From: an uncultured Gammaproteobacteria bacterium
GTDB lineage: Bacteria; Patescibacteriota; Microgenomatia; UBA12405
DNA: 64,000 nucleotides
Assembly: GCA_964544275.1 (NCBI GenBank)
Contig: CAZIZX010000003.1
Coordinates: 43,705 to 107,704 of the forward strand
Reading direction: 5' to 3'
Under the pieces are notes generated by a model. The model saw nothing but the letters and a program-made list of their open reading frames with translations, made no database searches and was not told where the DNA came from. Position 1 is the stretch's first letter. Each line of letters starts with the position of its first letter. The position numbers and the translations under genes were made by a program. Of the stretch, positions 1 through 8,803 are shown in pieces.

Positions 1-221
1 AGCAACCAGTCATTCAGTTCTGGAGAGGCTTTGGCGTCTTCTGATTGTTTCCACAGTTTAGTAATTAATTTCCCCACCGATGGAGGCAAAGGTATGTGGA
101 AAAAAGTCCACATCGAACCTTTGATAAAAAGCTTATTGTTCCAAGTAAAAGATTTTTCATCCCAAATTTTGGGATCAAACTTAGGGCAACAGGTCTGATC
201 ATCGCGATTTTTGTTTGGCAT
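1..221 (-). CDS. Conserved hypothetical protein (putative hydrolase), runs off window edge
   Basis: Hand-translated from ATG at 221: MPNKNRDDQTCCPKFDPKIWDEKSFTWNNKLFIK...; not in the ORF track because truncated. Confidence 0.6.
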   Translation of the reverse strand, partial: MPNKNRDDQTCCPKFDPKIWDEKSFTWNNKLFIKGSMWTFFHIPLPPSVGKLITKLWKQSEDAKASPELNDWL

Positions 222-248
222 ATAAATTTATCATAACACTACTACACT

Positions 249-360
249 GCGGAGCATTGGGGTCTGGAACCCTTCTGTCCCTATAACACTGTCCCCAACC
301 CCTGTCTTATTCTATCAGTCTTTTGTGCCTAAATGAGACAAATGAGACAGTATAAAAAAG
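249..360. repeat. Distal end of element 1; inverted homologue of 53658-53768
   Basis: 249-289 matches revcomp of 53728-53768 at 39/41; 329-360 matches revcomp of 53658-53689 at 30/32; near-identical spacing. Confidence 0.9.
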
Positions 361-393
361 AATATTAAAAGATGATGTGGTTTAACATACAAA

Positions 394-2061
394 CTATTGA
401 CTTGTTAACCATATGATTATTGGTTTAACAAAATCAGGTACATTATATTCTTGGTCTTGAGCGATTAGTCTTGCCTTGACGGCTTTAGAAGAATTTGGAT
501 ATTTTTCGCATGCTTTGCAATATACAGCATCGGTTAGAAATGATTTTAATTCTTCCTCATAGTTTTTATTTAATTTCCAAACCTTTGTTTTGTCATTTTC
601 ATATCCATCAAGTAGTTCATTAAATTTTAATTCTTCCGCCTTATCTCGAATATCACTAGAATCAATGTCGTATACAATACCAAATGGAATTCCAAAAGAT
701 GAAGCAAGATCCGCAAAAGCTAATAAGTTTCGTTTACCACCAACCTCAATGATCGTTGCACCATTGTTATCAATATCGAGTACTTCTCTTTTTGCGTATT
801 CTGGAAGTGCCAATTTTTCCGTGTCACCCTCAACTAATAGGATTTTTTTAGCGAAAAACATCTCATTTCTTTCTGGATCAAGCTCTTTTCTAAACTTTTC
901 TTCCAATTCCTTTGTTTTTATAAGAGTCGACTTTGCTTTATTTGTTTGTCCATCTACTTTTTTAATCAAGGTAATTTCATCATATTCTGGTATTGTTACG
1001 AAATGGGGAGAATGGGTGGTGTATATTATTTGATTTGTTTCGCCAATTTTTCTTAGTGTGCTGTACAAAGATCGTTGCATCTGTGGATGGAGGAACATTT
1101 CTGGTTCCTCGATTAAAAAGATTGCACCAGACTTTTTTCTTTCCTCAAATGCCTTCAATATCGCTATTACTAAGGCGTTTTGGAACCCGCCACCTAGCTC
1201 TGTGGCGTTTATTTTGAAATTATTTTCTTCAACATATAAATTTAATGACTTATAAAAGTCTAACGAAGTTAGAGGGTCAAAATATATATTACAGTCCTGA
1301 TCGGTGCCTGGATTATGAATTCCTAGCTGAGCTAAAACATTATCTTTTATAGTTTTTTCTAAACCTAGAAAGTCATCTGTCCTTAAGACACTAATGGCAG
1401 ATTTTATTAGTTTATTAAATTGCTCCATCCTAGGAACTACAACCGTGGCTCCACTTCTATCTTTTACTGATATTGTATTTTGAGGATCTTGAAAGTTTTT
1501 ATCAATATTTTCAAGTAAGATTCCAAGAAGTGAGTTTCTGTAGGAAGGTAGCTGGTATTTAAGTTCTCTTTCTGTGCCTATATAAATTACTGGAATATTT
1601 TCTTGAACTTCTTGAGGAATTGTTGTTAGGGGTTGAAATTGCCTTTGTTCACCTATTTGGGGTCGCTTTGCGAGTATTTGTACTGGACCATTTTTACTAT
1701 TTAAACACTTCTTTTCCAATCTCCTCATTCCTTTATTTGGACCAATTATGTATCTCGTATACAAAAAAGAAATCTTAGGAATATCTATTGGATCAATACC
1801 AGCAAATTGTTGATATTTATATGGTTGATCAAATTCAATTAAAATTTCTATATCCTGGTCAGTTTCGCGACCAAAAACATCGTTTTCATCAAAATTGTTG
1901 ACAGTTACCCAGTCCTTACCCAAAACAGAATATATAGCTTTCAAGATGTTTGATTTTCCAACATTGTTAGCACCAATTAGAGCATTTATGTTACCAAACT
2001 CAAAAGCTATCGGTTCTTTTATTGACCTATAGCCAGATATCGTGATGTTTTTTATCTTCAT
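394..2061 (-). CDS. OLD-family ATP-dependent nuclease (ABC ATPase + TOPRIM)
   Basis: Walker A GANNVGKS, GGGFQ signature, Walker B LIEEPEMFLHP, TTHSP, TOPRIM LLVEGDTE and DID. Confidence 0.9.
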   Translation of the reverse strand: MKIKNITISGYRSIKEPIAFEFGNINALIGANNVGKSNILKAIYSVLGKDWVTVNNFDENDVFGRETDQDIEILIEFDQPYKYQQFAGIDPIDIPKISFLYTRYIIGPNKGMRRLEKKCLNSKNGPVQILAKRPQIGEQRQFQPLTTIPQEVQENIPVIYIGTERELKYQLPSYRNSLLGILLENIDKNFQDPQNTISVKDRSGATVVVPRMEQFNKLIKSAISVLRTDDFLGLEKTIKDNVLAQLGIHNPGTDQDCNIYFDPLTSLDFYKSLNLYVEENNFKINATELGGGFQNALVIAILKAFEERKKSGAIFLIEEPEMFLHPQMQRSLYSTLRKIGETNQIIYTTHSPHFVTIPEYDEITLIKKVDGQTNKAKSTLIKTKELEEKFRKELDPERNEMFFAKKILLVEGDTEKLALPEYAKREVLDIDNNGATIIEVGGKRNLLAFADLASSFGIPFGIVYDIDSSDIRDKAEELKFNELLDGYENDKTKVWKLNKNYEEELKSFLTDAVYCKACEKYPNSSKAVKARLIAQDQEYNVPDFVKPIIIWLTSQ

Positions 2062-2096
2062 TATGTTTTTGTTTATCGTTTATTTCATTAATTAAT

Positions 2097-2924
2097 TTAT
2101 TTTTTACCAACAACGACATATCTTACATCTTGTTCATAAAGAGGGATAAATTTACCGTTATCGAGTACAAATCTTGTTTTAATATAGCCTCTTGGACAAC
2201 ATCTGGCAGAATCATCATCTGGACTTCTCCACTTAACATAAAACCCGTTTGATGTATCAGCGGGGACGATAAATGACTCATCTTCCTCTACATAGAAAAT
2301 TACTTTATCATCTTTAACAATAGCGGCATTATAAGACCCACCGTCAGCCCGACCAACAAAATTCAGTCCAAGTATTTTTTCTTTAACCCCATCACCATCA
2401 ACATCAAAACTATCAAACATCTCTATGTCTTGAAAGACATCCAAGAAATGAACAGCCATCTGTCCATAATTTTTGTAATTTTTATCCACTTCCTCCAACC
2501 AAAGGCTATTATTCTCTGTCTCTTGAATTTTCTTTCTAACATCCGTCCATGTTTTAGTGGTCAGAGGAATAATGTCTGCTGAGTATTTTTTTATTGTGGT
2601 AGTTGTTGTTGGATATGATTGGTATACAGCGTTGCTATCTAAAGCCGCTTGAGTGTATTCGTCCATTGTGCCTTCTTTACCAGCGCCACCTACCGACCCC
2701 CATTCGACGTCTTTTACAGAAAAGTACTTCAATGGTAAATCAAGCCATGGAAATTCATTACACTCCCGATAATCAGTGCTAATGCATTTTTCATTTTCTT
2801 GAATTTTTTGTTCGCTTTTTGGCTGATTTATTAATGTTGGGGTTTCAGTTTTTCGGTTTTTCCAAAACCACAAAGTAACACTAACGACCACAAACCCAAA
2901 AATTATTTTTTTTATGTTTTTCAT
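2097..2924 (-). CDS. Membrane-anchored hypothetical protein
   Basis: Start trimmed to MKNIKK; N-terminal TM helix; DVDGDG Ca-binding-like motif; C-terminal ARCCP motif. Confidence 0.65.
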   Translation of the reverse strand: MKNIKKIIFGFVVVSVTLWFWKNRKTETPTLINQPKSEQKIQENEKCISTDYRECNEFPWLDLPLKYFSVKDVEWGSVGGAGKEGTMDEYTQAALDSNAVYQSYPTTTTTIKKYSADIIPLTTKTWTDVRKKIQETENNSLWLEEVDKNYKNYGQMAVHFLDVFQDIEMFDSFDVDGDGVKEKILGLNFVGRADGGSYNAAIVKDDKVIFYVEEDESFIVPADTSNGFYVKWRSPDDDSARCCPRGYIKTRFVLDNGKFIPLYEQDVRYVVVGKK

Positions 2925-2928
2925 ATTT

Positions 2929-4626
2929 TTAGCTCTCTCTAAACCAAAATATTCCTTTTTGTATTTTTTTAAATTCAGGTCGACTATGAAGAACCGCCAA
3001 AATATTTGCTGGTTTAGTATCTTTATACTTGCCGACATAGTTATATATTTGTTTCCAGTGAAGAGGAAATCCTGCTTTTGTCATACATTCCCTAACAAGT
3101 TCAACGGTTGACAGTTTACTAATACCCCATTCAGTTAATCCCCAGGTTCCTTTAACTCCACTATGAGCAAAAGTTGGAGTGGTTATGAGTATGTTGTGAG
3201 TTCTCCTCACATTAATTTTCTTATCATTACTAAATAGACGATCGTTAACAGTGTCAGTTATCTCCGTGAAATGTAATGGTTCTCCTGCTTCCTCTAAAAC
3301 TTGTGTTATAACAGAAACCCACCTTTTTGTAATCTTTGAGTGCTCAAATCTTTTAAAACGAAGATTTTCAAGTTCGGCTGAAAGCATGTTTTCAGATATT
3401 ACGAGATCAGGATTTGACTCTTCTATTCTCGGATCAATCCGACAGTATTTTAAAATAAAAAAAATCTTATTAAATCTTTCATCGCTAATTGAATTTAGTA
3501 TCGAGATGTCTTTACTCAACTCTATTAAACTAACCCCCATTTCATTTTTCCCTACTGCTTCAAGGATTTGATCCATAATTTTTTCTAATTTTACCCCGTT
3601 AAATAGCGGGGAATAAAATTTTATGTCCCCAACCATATGTGATTGAAACCATCCAAGTTCACACATTAAATCGAAAACTGAGCTACCGTCGTAATCTGTT
3701 GTTTTTAAAATATTGGGAATGATATGATCTGCGTCATCATCAGATATTAAACCGTTATTTTTATAGAGAACATCTTCAACCAAATTACATAATTGTTTTT
3801 TAACTAAAACTGAGCGATATTTCATAAATTTCAACGACTTTACCTGTATTTGACGTATACGTTCCCGGGTGATTTTATAATCTTCCCCAATTTCTTCTAA
3901 TGTCTGTTTTTCTCCTGAAAAAAGTCCGTATCTTCGCACAATAATATCCATAGCTCTACCATCACCACATTTTTGTATTAATGTATCAATTAATTTATCA
4001 GGCGGAAAACAGATATTCTCCTGAGGTTTTAATTTCAAATAGTTTGTTGTAGTTGTTTTTTGGTTTGGTCCGTCATTTTTTTGGCCATTATTAATTGATC
4101 TTTTAAAATCTTCAATAAGTTTTATTGTTTTTATACCGATATTACTTTGTTTTAATAAAAATATTTCTGAGGTCCTCATTATCTGCCCTACAGTCAAAAT
4201 ACCTGCTTTTTTAATTGCGTTTGTAGCTTTGGTAGATAAACCTATTGAATCGATCTCTATATTTTCATAATATTTAGGTTGTTCAATAACGACTTCTAAA
4301 TTATTTGAGCTAGGCTTTTCTATAACACAGTTTTTTGCAATTTTTTCTTTTATCAAAACTACCGCATTTAATGTTTTTATTCCAATCATTGGAATTTTTA
4401 CTAATTTTGACTCTGGAAAATTTATCAATTGATTCACTGATACTATTCCATGTTTTTTTAATGCATTTGCTGTTCGTATGGGAAAATTAAAGATATCTAT
4501 TGGATCATCCTCGACAATTGAATCTGGTATCTCAAAACCAATCACATTTTCTTTATCAGGTTTATTTCTATAGTCCGATGAAGGGAAAAGTTCTAAAAAA
4601 ATATTATTCAATTTCTGTGTTTTCAT
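2929..4626 (-). CDS. Tandem RNAP alpha-CTD-like repeats + sigma70 region-4 HTH + C-terminal winged-helix (HARE-HTH-like) protein
   Basis: Two xxRTANALKK.GI.SV.QL...IG.KT repeats; RRYGL..GEKQTLEEIGEDYKITRERIRQI; GEPLHFTEI...GTWGLTEW. Confidence 0.8.
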   Translation of the reverse strand: MKTQKLNNIFLELFPSSDYRNKPDKENVIGFEIPDSIVEDDPIDIFNFPIRTANALKKHGIVSVNQLINFPESKLVKIPMIGIKTLNAVVLIKEKIAKNCVIEKPSSNNLEVVIEQPKYYENIEIDSIGLSTKATNAIKKAGILTVGQIMRTSEIFLLKQSNIGIKTIKLIEDFKRSINNGQKNDGPNQKTTTTNYLKLKPQENICFPPDKLIDTLIQKCGDGRAMDIIVRRYGLFSGEKQTLEEIGEDYKITRERIRQIQVKSLKFMKYRSVLVKKQLCNLVEDVLYKNNGLISDDDADHIIPNILKTTDYDGSSVFDLMCELGWFQSHMVGDIKFYSPLFNGVKLEKIMDQILEAVGKNEMGVSLIELSKDISILNSISDERFNKIFFILKYCRIDPRIEESNPDLVISENMLSAELENLRFKRFEHSKITKRWVSVITQVLEEAGEPLHFTEITDTVNDRLFSNDKKINVRRTHNILITTPTFAHSGVKGTWGLTEWGISKLSTVELVRECMTKAGFPLHWKQIYNYVGKYKDTKPANILAVLHSRPEFKKIQKGIFWFRES

Positions 4627-6439
4627 CAGAACTATTATTGTATTTTTCACCTAATAAAAAATCTTCAAGATCAATAGTTGCCTTATCGTAAACTAAAGAT
4701 GCAACGCGCATTATTTCGTAATCGACCTGTTCCGCGGTTAATGTACCACCTTCTTTTTTCGCGAGGCGATAAATTGTCTCTTTAGTAAAGATATCAACAT
4801 ATCTCTGAAAGAGGTAGTTTCTCCATCTTGGGGAATCAACTCCGTATTTATCTATCAACTTTTTTGCCATTGGTTTTTCAAGATTGATCCAATACAACCC
4901 TCTTTCCACATCCTGTTGTCGCTGTTCGACAGCGAAATGACGATCAGAAAAAATAACAGGGGAACCTGGATATTCTGGATCTTCCTGTCCAGATAGTAAT
5001 ACCATTGGTGCTCTCAATCCCTTTTTCTTTTCTTCACCATCACCGCCACCCTTGCCTTGTCCAGAACCCAAACCTCCTTTTTCTTCTGATTCATGATTTG
5101 TCCCACCACCAGAACCTTCTTCTCCCTCACCCCCAGTTGAGGACCCTTTTCCAGGACCACCAAGAACTTCGGCGAATAATTTTGACATAAACTGATTCTT
5201 CCACTTATTGAGAATCTGATTAAACTCATCTGTTGCTCTGATATTTTTTTCTTCTTCCTGTTTTGCGTCTCTTTCGGCAATTTTTTCAGCAACTTCATCA
5301 ATTTTTTCGGAAATCCACTTTAGAAGAGAATCTGTTCTCTCGTTAGTAACCAGTTTTTCTCGGTCATTTTGAACACAATCATAATCAACGTCTTCTAATA
5401 TTGGACACTTACATTCTCCATAAATATATTGAGCCTGAGGATAATACTTTAAAAAACCTATTTGTTGCATATTGTAAGATGCTATTACTCCTATCTCTCC
5501 AACTATATCAACGCAGTTTAACTCAGGTTTTTTACCACCACGACCAAAGGGTTGAGCAGAAGTTTTAAGAACGAGCGACCCTTCTTCATATTTATCGTTA
5601 GACATTTTAATTTTTTTTCCATTTTCACCAGTTGATGAATCAATCAGTTCTGGAATATCGAAGAGATACGGACCCTCAAATCCTTCCATCGGCTCGATAT
5701 CTTCCATCCGAAGACTGTTCGTTAATATTTTTCCGTTATATAAAACTGAGACATTACAATATTTTAAAGGGCTACGAGCTTGCGGGTGGTATTTTAACTT
5801 TTCACAAATTCTAAAAACAGGTAACTTATTACCTACAATTTTTTTAGGTCTTATTCCCTTAACAACTGTAAACCCAGTTTCTCCATGTTCGAGTTTTCTT
5901 AAAATTGAATTAGGTATTAACAATTTATTGATCCCCGCCATTTTTAAAGCTTCGTCGATAGATACTTTTTTATCCTTTATCCCATTTGCAAAACCATATT
6001 TTCGATTTTCATTGAAACCAAAAATATTTATTTTGCCTGTTTTATATGTAATAAAATACGATTGCTGAAACATCTGTCTCATATAAAACTTTCCTCCATT
6101 CCCGTGACCACCATAGACCCTAATTTTTTTCCCTCTTTTTGCTGCGTCAGGATCTCCCCACCACTTAAAAGCTTTTTCGATATCGACAAGATCCATCCCA
6201 ACAAAATCGGTACATTCAATTACTGGTGGATTATCACTAGTACCATCAGTGAAACCAAAAATTATATATTGATCCTTATCGGACTCCCCAGCTCTGCGGT
6301 AAGCATCAACTGAGTTTTTTAACCATTCAGCAAGCCCTTTTTCATGACTAAAATTGAAAGCACCTCCTAAAATATCAAGAGTATTGTCATGGTAAAGATT
6401 CTGTTCTTCTTTAAAATTTAATAAAACTGATTGTGTCAT
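4604..6439 (-). CDS. GHKL (MORC/Hsp90-like) ATPase
   Basis: N-box LAEWLKNSVDAY, G1 DFVGMD, G2 GGHGNGGK, GFTV motif; Gly-rich linker before C-terminal domain. Confidence 0.75.
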   Translation of the reverse strand: MTQSVLLNFKEEQNLYHDNTLDILGGAFNFSHEKGLAEWLKNSVDAYRRAGESDKDQYIIFGFTDGTSDNPPVIECTDFVGMDLVDIEKAFKWWGDPDAAKRGKKIRVYGGHGNGGKFYMRQMFQQSYFITYKTGKINIFGFNENRKYGFANGIKDKKVSIDEALKMAGINKLLIPNSILRKLEHGETGFTVVKGIRPKKIVGNKLPVFRICEKLKYHPQARSPLKYCNVSVLYNGKILTNSLRMEDIEPMEGFEGPYLFDIPELIDSSTGENGKKIKMSNDKYEEGSLVLKTSAQPFGRGGKKPELNCVDIVGEIGVIASYNMQQIGFLKYYPQAQYIYGECKCPILEDVDYDCVQNDREKLVTNERTDSLLKWISEKIDEVAEKIAERDAKQEEEKNIRATDEFNQILNKWKNQFMSKLFAEVLGGPGKGSSTGGEGEEGSGGGTNHESEEKGGLGSGQGKGGGDGEEKKKGLRAPMVLLSGQEDPEYPGSPVIFSDRHFAVEQRQQDVERGLYWINLEKPMAKKLIDKYGVDSPRWRNYLFQRYVDIFTKETIYRLAKKEGGTLTAEQVDYEIMRVASLVYDKATIDLEDFLLGEKYNNSSDENTEIE

Positions 6440-7092
6440 CTGTGACCCCCTTTACTTTTTTGGACAAATTCAATATTTTCTTTGAATCTTTCCATTAAAA
6501 ATTTATGACATTCTCTGAGTTTAATATAAAGCTCGTCACTTTTTTCTTTTATTGCTTTTATTGCTTCTTCTACTGTGGTCAATCTTCCTAAAAAATCAAA
6601 TTTATTTGTTCTTACTGTTACTCCTAAATATGAATAAAAATCTATATCTAAAATTTCTTCCTTTTTTCCATTTAAATACAGATCTACTGCTGTTGAATTT
6701 TTAATTCTTTCCAATTCTTTTTGTTGATCGGCGGTTAGTTTTACAAAAGTTTTAATATTTTTCGAATCTTCTATACTGTTTGCAGCTGGTTTAATCAATC
6801 TCTTTGTATATTCAACTCCTTTTGGTGTTAAGGAAAAATATTTATTGCCAGAAAGAACATAACCACCTTTTTTTAATTCACTATATAGTGGTTTGTGTAC
6901 AATATCTCCAGTATCTGGATATTCAGGGTATCCTTTTAATTGAAAATCGGCTTTGAAATTCAAAAACACATTGACGGCAATATCTTCAAACCTAATTTGT
7001 TTATTAGTACCCTCAGACAGTTCATACAAGGTAACTAATATTTTTTGTGAACGTGTTAGCTTAAGCGATGAATAATTTATTCTACTTTTCAT
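6436..7092 (-). CDS. Hypothetical protein with N-terminal winged-helix-like domain
   Basis: 218-aa ORF coupled to the ATPase (4-bp overlap); ELKKGGYV...FSLTPKG wHTH-like wing. Confidence 0.65.
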   Translation of the reverse strand: MKSRINYSSLKLTRSQKILVTLYELSEGTNKQIRFEDIAVNVFLNFKADFQLKGYPEYPDTGDIVHKPLYSELKKGGYVLSGNKYFSLTPKGVEYTKRLIKPAANSIEDSKNIKTFVKLTADQQKELERIKNSTAVDLYLNGKKEEILDIDFYSYLGVTVRTNKFDFLGRLTTVEEAIKAIKEKSDELYIKLRECHKFLMERFKENIEFVQKSKGGHR

Positions 7093-7128
7093 TAATATAT
7101 TTGTTTTTGTATTTAATAAATTAATAAT

Positions 7129-7356
7129 TTAAAGCTTAAACTTTCTTTTTTTTCTCAAACCAACTAAAAACCTGGATTTTGTAAGTTTAAGTTCCTCTTC
7201 AATAATTTCAAAAATACTCTTAAACTCTTCTTCTGTATAAAAATAATTGTGTCTATTTGATAGATTTCCCAACAATCTTATGTTTCTGATAGCTCCGTTT
7301 GTCCTGTTGGCAGCCAGTCTTTTAAATGCCGATGATTTTGATTCTCCTGTTTTCAT
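7129..7356 (-). CDS. Small basic helical protein, candidate RM controller
   Basis: FKRLAANRTN..I..IRLLGNLSNR..Y.Y..EE pattern; first gene of operon divergent from Dcm. Confidence 0.7.
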   Translation of the reverse strand: MKTGESKSSAFKRLAANRTNGAIRNIRLLGNLSNRHNYFYTEEEFKSIFEIIEEELKLTKSRFLVGLRKKRKFKL

Positions 7357-7370
7357 AACATATTAATGGA

Positions 7371-7409
7371 TATGATGGGTATCATACTATATTTTTAATT
7401 TGTAGTCAA
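7371..7409 (-). promoter_or_regulatory. Sigma70 promoter with palindromic operator over the -10
   Basis: Minus strand TTGACT-17bp-TATGAT; inverted repeat TATGAT-GGGT-ATCATA at 7371-7386. Confidence 0.6.
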
Positions 7410-7484
7410 TATATTTAATTTGTGATATGTAAATTTAAAATGCAAGGAATTATAATCAAGATTTATCTTTATTCTCAGTCTAAA

Positions 7485-8663
7485 ATGCGGTATATTAATA
7501 ATGTGAACAATAATTTTGGAGTCATAGATTTATTTTCTGGATGTGGCGGATCTGCTGTTGGTTTTGAAAAAGCAGGTTTACCAATTAAAGTGGCTGTAGA
7601 CATTGATAAACATGCATCTGAGTCCTTTAAAATAAATTTTCCTAATGCCGAAGTATTTACTAATGATATTAGTTACATCTCAGGAAAAGAATTACTGAAA
7701 GCTGGAAAATTTAAAAATGGTAATGAAGTAATTCTAATTGCTTGTCCTCCATGTCAGGGGTTTTCAAATGCAAGACGAAATTCGGAAAGATTAACAGATC
7801 CTAGAAATAAACTTATTTATGAGTTTCTAAGAATCGTTGAAGAAATTAAACCATATGCATTTGTACTTGAAAACGTACCTGGGTTGGCAAAAAATGTCGG
7901 GAAACCAATATTTATTCAAATACTTCAAAGGTTACAAGAGCTTGGATACCAAACTGTTTATGACGTTATAGATACCGCAGACTATGGAGTACCACAAAGA
8001 AGAAAAAGGTTAGTTATGCTTGGCACAAAAGATCAAAAACTCAGACTTACTTTCCCTTCTAAAACAAATGCAGATCCAGCGATTAGTTCTGATTTACCTC
8101 CCTGGAAAACTGTTAGACAGGCAATAGATGACTTGCTTCCTATTAAAGCAGGACAAAAATTAGAAACAGATGCAATGCATATGTCTGCAAACTTATCAGA
8201 ATTAAATATAAAAAGAATGAAGCAAACTCCACATGATGGTGGTGATAGGTTGTCATGGTCTGATGATTTGGTTTTAGAGTGTCACAAAAATTTCGAAGGT
8301 CATCGTGATGTCTACGGAAGAATGAGGTGGGACTCACCTTCGCCTACAATTACTGGTGGCTGTGCTATGGTTTCAAAGGGTAGATTTGGGCATCCTGAAC
8401 AAAACAGAGCAATTTCATTAAGAGAGGCAGCCAGACTTCAGACATTTCCTGATAATTTTAAATTTATCGGAAATTTTGGTCAGATAGCAAAACAACTTGG
8501 AAATGCGGTGCCACCATTACTTGGAGAAATAGCTGCAAAAACACTTCTTAAATCAATATCTGATTTAAAGGCTGCAAAAAAATTAGTTCCAAAAAGAAAA
8601 ATATCTAGAAATATTTATAGATCAAATCAACTGAACGGGCAAATAATTAGTGGTACCATTTAA
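7485..8663 (+). CDS. dcm: DNA cytosine-5 methyltransferase
   Basis: DLFSGCGG, PPCQGFS, ENVPG, QRRKR, REAARLQTFP, GNAVPP; start uncertain. Confidence 0.95.
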   Translation: MRYINNVNNNFGVIDLFSGCGGSAVGFEKAGLPIKVAVDIDKHASESFKINFPNAEVFTNDISYISGKELLKAGKFKNGNEVILIACPPCQGFSNARRNSERLTDPRNKLIYEFLRIVEEIKPYAFVLENVPGLAKNVGKPIFIQILQRLQELGYQTVYDVIDTADYGVPQRRKRLVMLGTKDQKLRLTFPSKTNADPAISSDLPPWKTVRQAIDDLLPIKAGQKLETDAMHMSANLSELNIKRMKQTPHDGGDRLSWSDDLVLECHKNFEGHRDVYGRMRWDSPSPTITGGCAMVSKGRFGHPEQNRAISLREAARLQTFPDNFKFIGNFGQIAKQLGNAVPPLLGEIAAKTLLKSISDLKAAKKLVPKRKISRNIYRSNQLNGQIISGTI

Positions 8664-8720
8664 CGGTTTGATTAAAAAAAGAAAATTTGATATATTAATT
8701 TAATTCAGCATAAACTGAAT

Positions 8721-8803
8721 TTAGGTGTTTAACCTGTAAACTCCGAAAGTAGATACACTCCAGGCACAGGGCCAGGAATATTACTACTTTAAGGAGTTTT
8801 TTT
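8721..8803 (+). ncRNA. Conserved structured 5' leader sequestering the SD (copy 1)
   Basis: 79/83 identical to 27535-27617; AAACTCC pairs GGAGTTT, AAAGTAG pairs CTACTTT, inner TCC.GGC/GCC.GGA stem. Confidence 0.6.

Noticed and set aside
394-2061. Gabija system
   Set aside because: No GajB/UvrD helicase adjacent
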